Shown: positions 11,621 to 24,844 of the stretch, piece by piece | Numbering within the stretch: position 1 is the stretch's first letter | Layout: each line of letters begins with the position of its first letter | Assembly (NCBI RefSeq): GCF_963921235.1 | Contig: NW_026948183.1 | Coordinates: forward strand, 186,001-250,000 | Source: Mobula hypostoma | Taxonomy: Eukaryota | Reading direction: 5' to 3' | DNA length: 64,000 nucleotides | Program-made: the position numbers and the translations under genes | The notes under the pieces: generated by a model | Seen by the model: only the letters and a program-made list of their open reading frames with translations | Database searches by the model: none | What the model was told of the DNA's origin: nothing

Positions 11621-12112
11621 AACCTGAAATAATACAAAAAATCACTCTTAAGTCCTTTTAACAGCTGTGCAGACCAACCATTCATCTCAGCAGGAATTTT
11701 TTATATGGTATTAAAACTGTGGCACTTTAAGTTAATAATACATAAAAGAAAATCCCAGATGAACGTCAGGAAAGACTATTTGCGAGAGGGTGTTTCAGTT
11801 ACTGTGGGGCCAGGCACCTATGCGGCTCAGCAGGAACAGGGAATACTACCAATGGAGAGAGTCAAACTGAGCCAAGGAACAAATTGGAGACGGCAGAAAT
11901 GTCCCACTCTTATAGAGACAGTAAGAGCATCAGGGAATTGATGGTCATTCCAGATACCAGCACTGTGCCCAGTTAGAAGATGATTTCTCTGTCCAAATTG
12001 GGTTGAATCTCACTGTAATAGTGTGATACCAGAACAAACCTTGGCAACTCAAGTAATCTTATCTGAAATGTTGTCCTACACCCATTGATAGATTTTGTAA
12101 ATCTTTTTACAG

Positions 12113-12512
12113 GTTAAAAATGAGAAGGAATTTGTCTCCAGGAATCTCAAACACCTGTTTTGATATCTCTGTCTAGACGTTTAACATGTGGAGCAAGGGA
12201 TTCAATCGACCATCCTTCCTGCTCAGACAGTGGGGAGGGATTCACTCGATCATCTGACAGACTGGCACGCCCGTCATTTTATACAGGAGAAAGGCCGTTC
12301 ACCTGCTCAAACAGTGGGAATCGATTCACTCGGTCATCTTAATTGAAGGTACATCAGCAAGTTCACACTGGGCAAGGCCTTTCACCTGTTCTGTGTGTGA
12401 GAAAGGTTTCAGTCAGTCGTCTCACCTGTGGACACACCAGTCTGTTCACACAGGGCAGAGGCTGGTCATCTGCTGAATTTCTGGGAAAGGATTCACTCAG
12501 TCATCTGACCTA
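12113..12512 (+). other. 5' non-coding part of the ZF gene 1 terminal exon, made of decayed zinc-finger repeats; acceptor tttttacag| at 12112/12113
   Basis: Broken cacactggg/ttcacctgctca/ggattcactc units with stops and frameshifts; paralogous to 37230-37637. Confidence 0.75.
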
Positions 12513-14207
12513 ATGGCTCACCAGCGTGTTTACACCGGGGAGAGGCCGTTCACCTGCTCAGACTCTGGGAAGGGATTCACTCAGTCATCCGACCTACGGA
12601 GACACCAGCAAGTTCACAATGGGAAGAAGCTGTTCTCCTGCTCAGTCTGTGAGAAGAGATTCACTCGGTCATCCCACCTACAGAGTCATCAGCGAGTTCA
12701 CACTGGGGAGAAGCCGTTCACCTGCTCAGTCTGTGGGAAGAGATTCACTCACTCTTCCACCCTACTGGTACATCAGCGAGTTCACACTGGGGAGAAGCCG
12801 TTCACCTGCTCAGTCTGTGGGAAGGGATTCACTCAGTCATCCCACCTACAGAATCATCAGCGAGTTCACACCGGGGAGAAGCCGTTCACCTGCTCAGAAT
12901 GTGGGAAGGGATTCGCTCAGTTATCCGACCTACAGACTCATCAGCGAGTTCACACTGGGGAGAAGCCGTTCACCTGCTTAGTCTGTCAGAAGAGATTCAG
13001 TCGGTCATCCCACCTACAGAGTCATCAGCGAGTTCACACTGGGGAGAAGCTGTTCACCTGCTCAGAATGTGGGAAGGGATTCACTCAGTTATCCAGCCTA
13101 CAGACTCATCAGCGAGTTCACACTGGGGAGAAGCCGTTCACCTGCTTAGTCTGTCAGAAGAGATTTAGTCGGTCATCCGACCTACAGACTCATCAGCGAG
13201 TTCACACTGGGGAGAAGCCATTCACCTGCTTAGTCTGTCAGAAGAGATTTAGTCGGTCATCCCACCTACAGAGTCATCAGCGAGTTCACACTGGGGAGAA
13301 GCCGTTCACCTGCTCAGAATGTGGGAAGAGATTCACTCGGTCATGCGACCTACAGGGTCATCAGAGAGTTCACACTGGGGAGAAGCCATTCACCTGCTTA
13401 GAATGTGGGAAGGGATTCACTCAGTCATCCAACCTACAGAGTCATCAGCGAGTTCACACTGGGGAGAAGCCATTTCCCTGCTCAGTATGTGGGAATAGAT
13501 TCAGTCTGTCATCCGACCTACAGATTCATCAGCGAGTTCACACTGGGGAGAAGCCGTTCACCTGCTCAGTCTGTGGGAAGGGATTCACTCAGTCATCCAA
13601 CCTACAGAGTCATCAGCGAGTTCACACTGGAGAGAAGCTGTTCACCTGCTCAGTCTGTGAGAAGAGATTCACTCACTCTTCTGCCCTAATGGTACATCAG
13701 CGAGTTCACACTGGGGAGAAGCCGTTCACCTGCTCAGAATGTGGGAAGAGATTCACTCGATCATCCACCCTACAGAGTCATCAGCGAGTTCACTCTGGGG
13801 AGAAGCCGTTCACCTGCTCAGTCTGTGGGAAGAGATTCACTAATTCATCCACCCTACAGAGACATCAGCGAGTTCACACTGGGGAGAAGCCATTCACCTG
13901 CTCAATCTGTGGGAAGAGATTCGTGGATCAATGCACCCTACAGAGACATCAGCAAGTTCACACTGGGGAGAAGCCGTTCACCTGCTCAGTCTGTGGGAAG
14001 AGATTCACTCAGTCATTCACCCTACAGAGACATCAGCGAGTTCACACTGGGGAGAAGCCATTCACCTGCTCAGTCTGTGGGAAGAGATTCACTCTGTCAT
14101 CCAACCTACAGAGTCATCAGCGAGTTCACACTGGGGAGAAGCCGTACACCTGCTCAGAATGTGGGAAGGGATTCACTCAGTCATCCAACCTACAGATTCA
14201 TCAGTGA
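12513..14207 (+). CDS. C2H2 zinc-finger protein (564 aa): 18 intact tandem fingers, 1 degenerate, last truncated; no effector domain
   Basis: 28-aa repeats CxxC-x12-HxxxH with TGEKP linkers. The stop is a CGA>TGA change inside finger 20. Confidence 0.9.
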   Translation: MAHQRVYTGERPFTCSDSGKGFTQSSDLRRHQQVHNGKKLFSCSVCEKRFTRSSHLQSHQRVHTGEKPFTCSVCGKRFTHSSTLLVHQRVHTGEKPFTCSVCGKGFTQSSHLQNHQRVHTGEKPFTCSECGKGFAQLSDLQTHQRVHTGEKPFTCLVCQKRFSRSSHLQSHQRVHTGEKLFTCSECGKGFTQLSSLQTHQRVHTGEKPFTCLVCQKRFSRSSDLQTHQRVHTGEKPFTCLVCQKRFSRSSHLQSHQRVHTGEKPFTCSECGKRFTRSCDLQGHQRVHTGEKPFTCLECGKGFTQSSNLQSHQRVHTGEKPFPCSVCGNRFSLSSDLQIHQRVHTGEKPFTCSVCGKGFTQSSNLQSHQRVHTGEKLFTCSVCEKRFTHSSALMVHQRVHTGEKPFTCSECGKRFTRSSTLQSHQRVHSGEKPFTCSVCGKRFTNSSTLQRHQRVHTGEKPFTCSICGKRFVDQCTLQRHQQVHTGEKPFTCSVCGKRFTQSFTLQRHQRVHTGEKPFTCSVCGKRFTLSSNLQSHQRVHTGEKPYTCSECGKGFTQSSNLQIHQ

Positions 14208-15314
<1,107 letters not shown>

Positions 15315-15318
15315 AAAT

Positions 15319-15337
15319 TGGGGCCTGCATCCGATAT
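15319..15337 (+). promoter_or_regulatory. Degenerate primer-binding site, tRNA-Pro-like
   Basis: TGGGGCCTGCATCCGATAT versus the tRNA-Pro PBS TGGGGGCTCGTCCGGGAT; lies between the LTR and gag. Confidence 0.5.
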
Positions 15338-15425
15338 AGGAAAAGATTTGGAGGCGTATTGATTAATTATCGATTTCATTGGAGAAATCCCTTTTGATTT
15401 ATTTGTGTGTGGAAAATCTGCAGCA

Positions 15426-17170
15426 ATGGATGTTGATAGATGTCTGGAAGCATCAACCTCTGAGGCACTAAAGGACACCAGAAGGACTGAGTTGTTGAGT
15501 ATTGCTAAAAGGTTAAAACTTGCTAAGGTGAAATCGACAATGAGGAGGTCACAGGTGCAGAGGATAATAGCTGAACATTATATATCTGAGGGTGTGTTTA
15601 AAGTGGAGGAGTTGGAGGTGTTTCCTGAAAGTAAACCTAGTGAGCTTGAGCTCCCGTACAAGTTAGAAAAATTAAAGATGGAGGCTGTGGAAAGGCAGAG
15701 GCAGGTTGAGGCTGGAAAGGCGGAAAAACAGAAGAGGCAGAAAAATATGGAGGAAGCAGAAAGACAGAGGCTGTTGGAGCTGGAAAAGATAGAGAGATTG
15801 CAGCAAAGGAGTCTAACGTTAGACTCTGATGATAAGATTGAGGGCAGTCGGGATGTTAAATTGGTACCTCCATTTGACGAGGCAGAGGTTGATAAATACT
15901 TTCAGCATTTTGATAAGGTTGCTCAGAGTTTAAAGTACCCAAAAGAGGGTTGGCCTATTCTCTTACAAAGTGTAATTAAGGGGAAGGCTCAGCGAGCCTA
16001 TTCTGCTTTGACAGTTGATGAAGCAGCTGATTATGACATAGTGAAACAGGCTGTGCTCAAAGCTTACGAGTTGGTCCCAGAAGCATACAGGCAAAAGTTT
16101 AGAAATTCGAGGAAACCTGTGAACCAGACTTATATGGAATTTGCTTATGAGAAGTTTGTGTGTTTTGACCGTTGGTGCACATATAAAAATGTAAATGATG
16201 ATTTTAACAGCTTGAAAGAGTTGGTTTTAATTGAAGAATTCAAAAGGTGCGTCCCTGGTGACATAAAGATGTATTTAGATGAAAAGGATGCTGCCACTTT
16301 GCAGGAGTCTGCTAGATTAGCAGATGAGTTTGCTTTAACCCACAAGGTTATGTTTACCCCACAAGGTTATGTTTACCCCGAGTAAGAGTTTCCAAAAGAG
16401 TAGCAGGGACAGCCAGGGTAAACCAGAAATTAAAGCTGGGACTAGTGACAAGAGTAAGGATGAAGGGAAGCAGTTGAAGGAGAAATATTCTGGTCTCTCT
16501 TGTTACTATTGTAAGAAAGCTGGTCATATGATGGCTAATTGTTCTGTCCTGAAGAAGAAAAAGGAAAAGGAGGCAGTCCCACATGCCTGTGATCAGTATG
16601 TTGAAGCACCTATAAACCCACAGGGTTCTGAACATTCTGTTGTGGCTCAGTTAAGGACTGAGAGGTCTGACTGAGTTAAGAAGGGATTTGATCATTTTAT
16701 GTCAGATGGGTTTGTATTCGTAATGGAAGGGTCAACCCCAGTACCAGTGAAAATTCTTCGAGATACTGGGGCTTCTCAGTCACTTATATTAGACAGCCTT
16801 CTAAAGTTTGGTGATGAGACTAACATTGGTGAGGTAAATCTTATCAAAGGCATTGGGGGCAGCATTGTTTCTGTGCCATTGCACAAGGTGACTTTACAGT
16901 CAGGGTTGGTTTTGGGACCTGTTAGGATTGGATTATGCTCCAGTTTACAGGTGGAAGATGTTACTTTGCTGTTAGGGCAGATGGTAAAGTTGATCCTGCA
17001 GTGCAGTTGACAACTAAGCCAACCACTGAGGACCCACAGATTGATTTTAACATTTATCCTTCCTGCACAGTAACTCGAAGTATGGCTAAAATGTCTGCCG
17101 ATGCAGACGGTTCTGTGCAGCATGATTCTGATACCCATGATGGCCAAAGTTGGAATTCAGGTAATGATGA
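15426..17170 (+). pseudogene. Gmr1-like Gypsy gag-protease, disrupted and 3'-truncated (no integrase or RT)
   Basis: LVPPF..YF..F.KVA, KGKAQ.AY..L, and YELVPEAYRQKFR..ELVLIEEFK..LADEF (SCAN-homologous capsid CTD, about 16077-16340). CCHC knuckle CYYCKKAGHMMANC at 16501-16542, protease ILRDTGASQS near 16762, VTRSMA. A 19-bp duplication frameshift and an in-frame TGA at 16672. Confidence 0.88.
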
Positions 17171-17184
17171 CTTAAAACAGAGAT

Positions 17185-17560
17185 CATCTTCCTCTTTCCC
17201 TTCTGCTCCACGGAACCAGACCCAGTGCCAGAGACCGGATCGCCGTGGTCGTCCTCTGTCAGGTCATCTCCCTCAACAGCATCCAAAACAAGATAACGAT
17301 TACTGAGGGGGATGGCCACAGGGGTGCTCTCTACTATCTGAACTCTTCCCATCCCTTCCCTGACAGTCATCCACTTATCGATCTCCTGCTCACGTTCCAT
17401 TATAAGCTGTAGGTCATCAAGCTGCAGCTCCAGATCCCTAACGTTCTCTCTCATCAGCTGCATCTCAGTGCACCTGGCGCAGATATGGCCGTCTGGGAGA
17501 CGGGAAGATTCCCGGGAGTCCCACATCTTACACCCAGAGCAAAGTACTAACCCTGCAGAC
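17185..17560 (-). mobile_element. CR1 LINE ORF1 fragment
   Basis: CSGCKMW...HICARC..MQL....V..LE.QLD.L zinc-finger/coiled-coil plus IPLSNRY.VL, typical of vertebrate CR1 ORF1. Confidence 0.75.
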
Positions 17561-18234
17561 AGGCTCTGGTACATGTTTATATGCTCAGTAAACATGTTCA
17601 CTGCTTAATCCCCTGGAGGAGGGAACGAGATGGGGAATGTCCAAATCTGCTGATAACACAGAAGCAAAGGAAGGAAATCTAATGACGACGTTCTGGTTCT
17701 GCATCAAGTAATTCAAAAGGCAGATTGTATTTTGGCCTTCACCACACGGGGGGTGGAGATTATGTAACGGTCCGGTGTAACTACCATTGTACAGGGTGTT
17801 AGTGAGGCCACATCTGGAATTCTATGCATGGTTGTAATCCCCTAGCAGAGGAATTTTAAGAGTAGCTATGGAGCCAGCAGTGCAGTTTTACCAGTGGAAA
17901 ACATGGGATGCTTTACCAGCAGAGGTGAGATGATTTGGCCCTGAAATTTAGAACATATTCACAAACAATAGGGTATTTGTGAAGCATCTTCATGGAGTAT
18001 CTCTCCTCGTCATTTAGAGAGTGACAGAGCGGGTTGATGAGAGATGTGTGAAAATTCCTGGAAATTTATGGTTTCCATCTAATTTTGCTTTGTGATCAAT
18101 GAGGTATCTATCTATTTGAGTGTACAATCTTTGGGATTCACTGCCCTCAGGGGGTGAAGGTCGGTTGCCTGGGTATTTTTGAGGTTGGAATAGATAATTA
18201 AGGGGAGCGAGGGGAATGGACACAGGAGCTTACA

Positions 18235-19768
18235 CAGGTTTCTCCCGCTATCCAAAGGTAGAGCGTTCCTATGAAATGGTTCGTAAGCCGGAATGCCATA
18301 AAGTGAAGAATCAATTACCATTTATTTATATGGGAAAATTTTGTGAGCATTCACAGACCAAAAAATAACCTACCAAATCATGCCAAATAACACATAAAAC
18401 CTAAAATAACAGTAACAAACAGTAAAAGCAGGAATGATATGATAAATACACAGATTATATAAAGTAGAAATACCTTTCCACAATCATTGCCTGAAGTGTT
18501 CTCCGTAGCGAAAATCTCACGCAAGCGAATTTGGCAAAAACACGGCGCAAGCGCTCTCCAGTAACCTTTAAGCTATGAAGCTGCCAAATCATACCAAATA
18601 ACAGGTAAAAATACACAGCCGATGTAAAGTAGATATAATGTATGTACAGTGTAGTTCACTTACTGGAATTGGGAAAGCTCGGAGCACACTGATGATGGTG
18701 TGTTAGACTTGGAGTTTGGGTGGTGCAGTGGCCCCCACACTCCAGGCTGCCGAGCGATACATTGCCGCGAAGCATGCAGTGGTACAGCGGTAGCCGGGAT
18801 GCATCCAGCAGATTTCTAAGAAAAAAGCGGAAATAAACGTGCTAATTAATTAGGTGCCGCCCGGCACGTAATTGTCGGCCCAGATCAGTGCCGATTGCGT
18901 AGCCTCTGTTCAGGGCTGACAATTATTTGTCGGGTGGCGCCTAATTAATCAGCATATTTATTTCATCTTTTTTCTTAAAGATGTGCTGTGTTTCTCCCGG
19001 CTACTGCTGCATTCTCTGCAAATCGGTATCTATCCGCGGCCTGGCAGTTGGGGTGGTGGGACACTGGGGTGTCATCTCGTCGTCTGTTTCCATTAGATCA
19101 GGCAGCTCATCTTCTATGGCTGCCCACTTCGATGTCGAAGATCGAGGTTCATCGTCTGCTGTGGCTGATGTGCAAGGCTTGCTTGATTGCTGAGCCCCGC
19201 ACATTTTTGGATCGTACAGTTCTTTGTAAGCACTCAAACCATCCTGCAAATATCCCCTAAACTGACGTACCCTTTCAAAATTAAAGCCGTACTTTATCAT
19301 TACTCATTTGGTTTCGATTGTTATCCTTTCCTCTTCCAATTGCATCAGCTCTTCATCTATCAGTTCTTGGTCATGGGATGCCAAAACCTCTTCAACATCA
19401 TCTTCGTCAGCTTCCACAAGCCAAACTCACTTAGTCCTTACCTCGTTCACCACGATCAAAATGCTTAATAATGTCTAGTTTTACGCTAAGTGTAACACCC
19501 TTACGAGCTCTTTTTGGCTTTTCCGATACCATAGAACTCATCTTGCTAATGGCTGCTCACAGACACGTGTTTAAGCAATGCCGGCGAGAATGCAGTTCCG
19601 AATCCGGGGGAGAGCGGCTGCTCGGGGCGCGTAGCTGCCATTTATCACGCGCTGATTTTTTTGGTAACAGTGGAAACACCTTCTGTTATTGAAAACAGGG
19701 TACTAATGTAGGTCTTTCGTAACAGTGAGGTTTCGGAAAGCGAACGTTTGAAAAGCGGGGGATACCTG
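18235..19768 (-). mobile_element. Tigger/pogo-like DNA transposon, internally deleted, copy 1
   Basis: Imperfect TIRs CAGGTTTCTCCCGC / GCGGGGGATACCTG followed by TA. Minus-strand N-terminus MVSEKPKRARKGVTLSVKLDIIK.FDRGE joined to the C-terminus NFER...YKELYD.K. Paralog of 41006-42562. Confidence 0.85.
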
Positions 19769-19771
19769 TAA

Positions 19772-19935
19772 TAGGCTTATTTTTGGAATCGCATCTGTGC
19801 CTACACTGACAGAAAGCTATGGAGCAGGTGCTGCAAGGCTGTCCAGACACTCAGTGTTAACCAGATGACGTAATATTTTGCTGATAAAAATTACAGAGAA
19901 TATTTCCAAAATCTTAAGACAGTATTAAAAGGATT
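19772..19935 (+). mobile_element. Small decayed Gypsy RT fragment
   Basis: RLIFGIAS.P..KAMEQVLQG...QC..DDV resembles the Ty3/Gypsy RT core. Confidence 0.55.
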
Positions 19936-19940
19936 AATAC

Positions 19941-20810
19941 TTGCAGAGATATTTAGGCTGGTTAGAAGAGTGGGCTGTAAGATGGCAGATGGAGTTTAAT
20001 GCTGATAAATATGAGGTGTTACATTTTGGTAGGACTAATCAAAATAGGACATACATGATAAATGGTAGGGCATTGAGGAATGCAGTAGAACAGAGGGATC
20101 TAGGAATAATGGTGAATAGTTCCCTGAAGGTGGAATCTCATGTGGATAGGGTGGTGAAGAAAGCTTTTGGTATGCTGGCCTTTATAAGTCAGAGCATTGA
20201 GTATAGGAGTTGGGATGTAATGTTGAAATTGAACAAGGCATTGGTGAGGCCAAACTTGGAGTATTGTGTACAGTTTTGGTCACCGAATTATAGAAAAGAT
20301 GTCAACAAAATAGAGAGAGTACAAAGAAGATTTACTAGAATGTTACCTGGGTTTCATCACCTAAGTTACAGAGAAAGGTTGAACAAGTTGGGTCTTTATT
20401 CTTTGGAACGTAGAAGGTTGAGGGGGGACGTGATAGAGGTATTTAAAATTATGAGGGGGATACATAGAGTTGACGCAGATAGGCTTTTTCCATTGAGGAT
20501 GGAGGAGATTCAAACAAGAGGACATTAGTTGAGAGTTAATGGACAAAAGTTTAGGGGTAACATGAGGGGGAACTTCTTCACTCAGAGAGTGGTAGCTGTG
20601 TGGAACGAGCTTCCAGCAGAAGTGGTTGAGGCAGGTTCGATGTTGTCGTTTTAAGTTAAATTGGACAGCTATGTGGACAGGAAAGGAATGGAGGGTTATG
20701 GGCAGAGTGCAGGTCGGTGGGACTAGGTGAGAGTAAGCGTTCGGCACGGACTAGAAGGGCTGAGATGGCCTGTTTCCGTGCTGTAATTGTAATATGGTTA
20801 TATGGTTCTA
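19941..20810 (+). mobile_element. CR1 LINE 3' portion
   Basis: 195-aa ORF with WQMEFNADK, LVRPNLEYCVQFWSP and LYSLERRRLRGD; atatggtt tail. Confidence 0.92.
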
Positions 20811-21734
20811 AGTTTCTCCACAACGACAAGGCGACAATTCACGGAGAAAGCCATCAGGCTGGGGACGGGGGTACTCAGACGGAATACAAGGTGCTGATCC
20901 TGGACCCTGAGGGTGGCCTCATCTTGGCACAAAAGGAGGCGATGAGTTGACACGTCCAAACAGGAATGGGAATCGGAATGAAAATGTTTGACTCCGGGAA
21001 GTCCCGCTCAGAGCGAATAGTTCAAATGTTAATTTATTATCAAAGCGGGTATCCGTAAACAATTCTGTTTTTTTTTCTCCAGAGAGTCACAAAATTAAGA
21101 AAGAACATGAAAGACGTTCAGAGAGAAAAATCAAACTCCCACCCCCCCCACCCATCAAAAAGAACGGCATCCCGATCATCAACCCCCAAAACCCACCCCT
21201 CCCGCACAAAAGGGAAAAATAACATCGATCCCCCCCAAATAAAAACAACCCTACCCCGCACAACTGTGGAGGATCTGGTGTCACCAGTGTCGAGGCGGCC
21301 GCATCGGGAGCAGCGGACACAACGGGCGACCCCGGAAGATTCACAGGTGAAGTGTCGCCTCACCTGGAAGGATGTTTGGACAACGGAGAGAGTTCGGCCG
21401 TCCGGCCCTTTCACTGTGCCACCCCGAACTCCACATCAAATCCGTCCACACGAATCTGGGTGAACTTTAATGACCAATCAATATAATTCCTCTCAGCGAT
21501 CAGCTGTCTGAATGATCCCCTGACTCTGAGAGAAAGGGGTGCTATGGTCCACATTGTCAGGGTGTGGAGTTTACCAGGAGACAGAGACTGCAGGGATGAG
21601 AGGTTTTCTGTTGACTAATGTACTGTGTGTGGACAAACACCACGCTGCCCACTCCACAAACAACACGGCACTGTCGGACACATAACAGGGGACTTTAAAA
21701 CACAACACTGGATACAGTGGTGAAACCCGTGATT

Positions 21735-22510
21735 AAGACCATAACACAAACGAGCAGAAGTCGGCCATTCGGGCCATTGAGTCTACTCCGCCATTTTATC
21801 ACAAGCTGATCCATTATCCCATTTCGTCCCACTCCCCTGCCTTCTCACCATAACCTTTGATGCCCTGGCTACTCAGATACCTATCGATCTCTGCCTTAAA
21901 TACACCCAATGACTTGGCCTCCACTGCTGCCCGTGGCAACAAATTCCATAGATTCACCACCCTCTGACTAAAAAAATTTCTTCGCATTTCTGTTCTGAAT
22001 GGGCACCCTTCAATCCTTAAGTCATGCCCTCTCGTACTCGACTCCCACATCATGGGAAACAACTTTGCCACATCCACTCTGTCTATGCTTTTCAACATTC
22101 AAAATGTTTCTGTGAGGTCTCCCCTCATTCTTCTAAACTCCAAGGAATACAGTTCAAGAGCGGGCAAATGTTCCTCATATATTAACCCTCTCATTCCCGG
22201 AATCATTCCAGTGAGTCTTCTCTGTACCCTCTCCAACGTCAGCACATCCTTTCTTAAATGAGGAGACCAAAACTGCCTACAGTACTCCAAGTGAGGTCTC
22301 ACCAGCGCCTTATAGAGCCTCAACATCACATCCCTGCTCCTATACTCTATTCCTCTAGAAATGAATGCAAACATTGCATTCACCTTCTTCAGTACTGACT
22401 CAACCTGTAGGTTAACTTTAAGGGTATCCTGTACGAAGACTCCCAAGTCCCGTTGCATCTCAGAACTTTGAATTCTTTCCCCATTTAAATAATAGTCTGC
22501 CCGTTTATTA
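21735..22510 (-). mobile_element. CR1 LINE 3' portion
   Basis: QRDLGVFV, LYKALVRPHLEYC and FFSQRVVNLWN motifs. Confidence 0.9.
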
Positions 22511-22659
22511 ATGTCCCACTGAAATCATAAAGAGGAATGATGTTTGCCTTTCTCCAATCCAAGGAAAGGTCACCTGAGTCGAGTGACTGCTGGAAATAAA
22601 ATGCAGAACAGGAGCCAGTTCTTCAGATGCATCATGCAACTGTGAATGCAACAGGAGTC

Positions 22660-23758
22660 CTAAATTTTTTGAGATGAAATTTTCACCATTGTTCAGCTTC
22701 AGTTAAGGAGAAGTTGTACCTCCCCATTGTTAGGCCACATTTGGAATATGCAGTTGCTGCATGGGACCCAAACACAAACAAAAACACTACTTCCATCGAG
22801 CGAGACCAAAGACAGGCAGCCCGATTTGTCACAAATACCTATGAGAGAGAAGCCAGTGTTACTCAACCTTTAAATTCATTAAAGTGGAACTCTCTGCAAG
22901 ACAGACGTGAAGTACACCGCCTGACCTGTTTTCACAAAATGTTAAATGGTCGACTCGACATAGACTACCAATCCTACATCAAACGCAAACCTATTTGGAG
23001 CAGAAGAGGACACTCAACTCAACTTGAAATACTAACTGGCAAGTCAGATGTGTACAGCAATTCATTTTCCCCCCGCACAATTAAAGCACAGACATCCCAC
23101 CTCTCCTGGAAGTTCCGGGAGTCTCCCGCATATTAGTAGTGGCTCCCTGATGCCCGCAAATTATATACAATATCACGGAAATCAATTTTTTTGAGAGCGA
23201 GCGAGCGAGAGAAAAGCAAGAGAGAGCCCGCGAGCGACCACGAGAGAGAGAGCGCGCCATGGCAGAGTGTTGCAAAAAAATATATAAAACGTACGTCACC
23301 CTAGACTACACTAAAGTGTACCCCTGCCTAATAGGGCTCAAAATAATGACAGTGTTGCTCGCTGCGCTGTTTGCAACAGTGCCTTTTCTATTGCCCATGG
23401 TGGGTTAAGACTGTAAAAGGCATGTTGAGGTGAGTTTAACAGGTGTCATTCGTTCATTAGCATAGCGAACATTATTTAAACTAGCTGGCTAGCTGCTAAG
23501 GAGCTACTCTATTACAGACATCCCACCTCCCCCGGAAGTCTCCCGCAAATTGATGGTGCTACCTCCCTGAAATGAGTTTTTGCAGGGTGGGATGTCTGAA
23601 AACATGGAATACTCTTAATCCTCACAGTCACACAACCGAACCCAATTAAATTTAAGGCAGCTTTTCTTCTTCAAAAATCTCCTTCTTAAGCCCACCATCC
23701 GCCTCCTCCAGTTAAATTCCATGCGGTATATTTTGGAGGATCAAGAACCAAGAACCAA
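22660..23758 (+). mobile_element. Divergent CR1/L2-group LINE 3' fragment, interrupted by a MITE
   Basis: IVRPHLEYAVAAWDP..IERDQRQAARFV..L.W.SLQDRR...PRTIKA|WN; (aagaacc) tail near 23743-23758. Confidence 0.75.
23089..23598. mobile_element. Non-autonomous TIR element (MITE)
   Basis: Perfect 13-bp TIR CAGACATCCCACC / GGTGGGATGTCTG; flanks aaagca / aaaaca; interrupts the LINE reading frame. Confidence 0.85.
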
Positions 23759-23789
23759 ACGTCCATTCAGGTGTTTTTTAAATACGAGC

Positions 23790-24838
23790 GCTCCCCCACA
23801 GGTGACGTCACAAGGCGCACCCACGCGCCCGACGTCACACATGGGTTCCCCACACTGGAGTCTGCCCTCGCGTGCGCGGTGTCCACGTCACCCACGCGCT
23901 GGTGAGCTCGAGCTTTATCGGTTTAACGGCTGGGCTACCAATCGCGTGACCAGTCCCTCCCCCACCGTTGTCAACAGAGGATTCAGGAGCTGCGCTATTC
24001 CCATTGGTGCTAAGCGATGTCAATCACTGGTTACAACCAGTCGCAGAGACGGACCAGCCGAGAGGGCGTTACCCCCGCTGAGTCCGTAGCTCGCGCGAGG
24101 ACAAAATCCCCGTCAGAACGGAACAAATCCCAAAGTAAATGTCCGCTTTCTGATTTATTTCCATTTCCCTCCGAGGGAAGTTGGGGCGTTTGTGAAGCGT
24201 CTCCTGCGGCCGGAGTCTGATGTGTCGCTGAGAGGTAGGAGGAGACCGCTCGGCCCGTCGGTTTGATGCCGGTTCCCCGGGGAGGGAGAGGGGGATTTTA
24301 TTGAAAGGATGAAGACGGTGAGAGAGGGGGCGGACAGGATGTTTGTCCCGGTGGGGACAGGAGGGGCTCATCTGTGGAAATGTCTGAGCCCACGGTGGTG
24401 GCGAGCAGAGGGATTCACCACATTGGGGGGCAAACACCGGCAGACTGTTGCCCTGCAAGCGGGGCCAATGGTCCGGGCAAAGTGACAATTATTTGTGTTT
24501 TGTTGAGACTGTACCTGGAATATGGTGTAAAATCCCGCTCCCCACACTAACACGGGTTATACAGACCAAAGAACAAACTGCCGGAGGAACTCAGTGGGTC
24601 GGGCAGCATCTGTGGAGGGAAATGGACCGTCAACATTTCGGGCCGAGACCCTCCCTCTGGACTGAGAGTGGACGGGAAATAGTCAGAGAAAAGAGGTGAG
24701 GGGTGGGGATGGGGCAAGAGCTGGGGAGTGAGAGGTGGATCCAGGTGAGGGGGAGGTGGGAAGGTGGAAATAGTGACGGGGGTGGGAGGTGAGTGGTTGG
24801 GGCAACACGGGGCTGCAGAAGATGGAAATTAATTCCAT
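23790..24838 (-). promoter_or_regulatory. Promoter cassette copy B (leftward CpG-island promoter)
   Basis: Reverse copy of 5320-6240 with ATTGG 24003, TGTCAATCA 24018, GGGCGTTACCC and a CRE TGACGTCA at 23803. Confidence 0.75.
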
Positions 24839-24844
24839 GATCGA

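Noticed and set aside
11799-11920. Possible coding exon upstream of the ZF exon (VTVGPG..EQGILPMERVKLSQ, similar at about 36915)
   Set aside because: The donor GTAAGA is GGAAGA in the paralog and the following exon has stops before the ZF ORF; similarity is explained by duplication.
12513-14207. PRDM9 or KRAB-ZNF identity
   Set aside because: No SET, SSXRD or KRAB exon is recognisable in the window, so no gene symbol is assigned.
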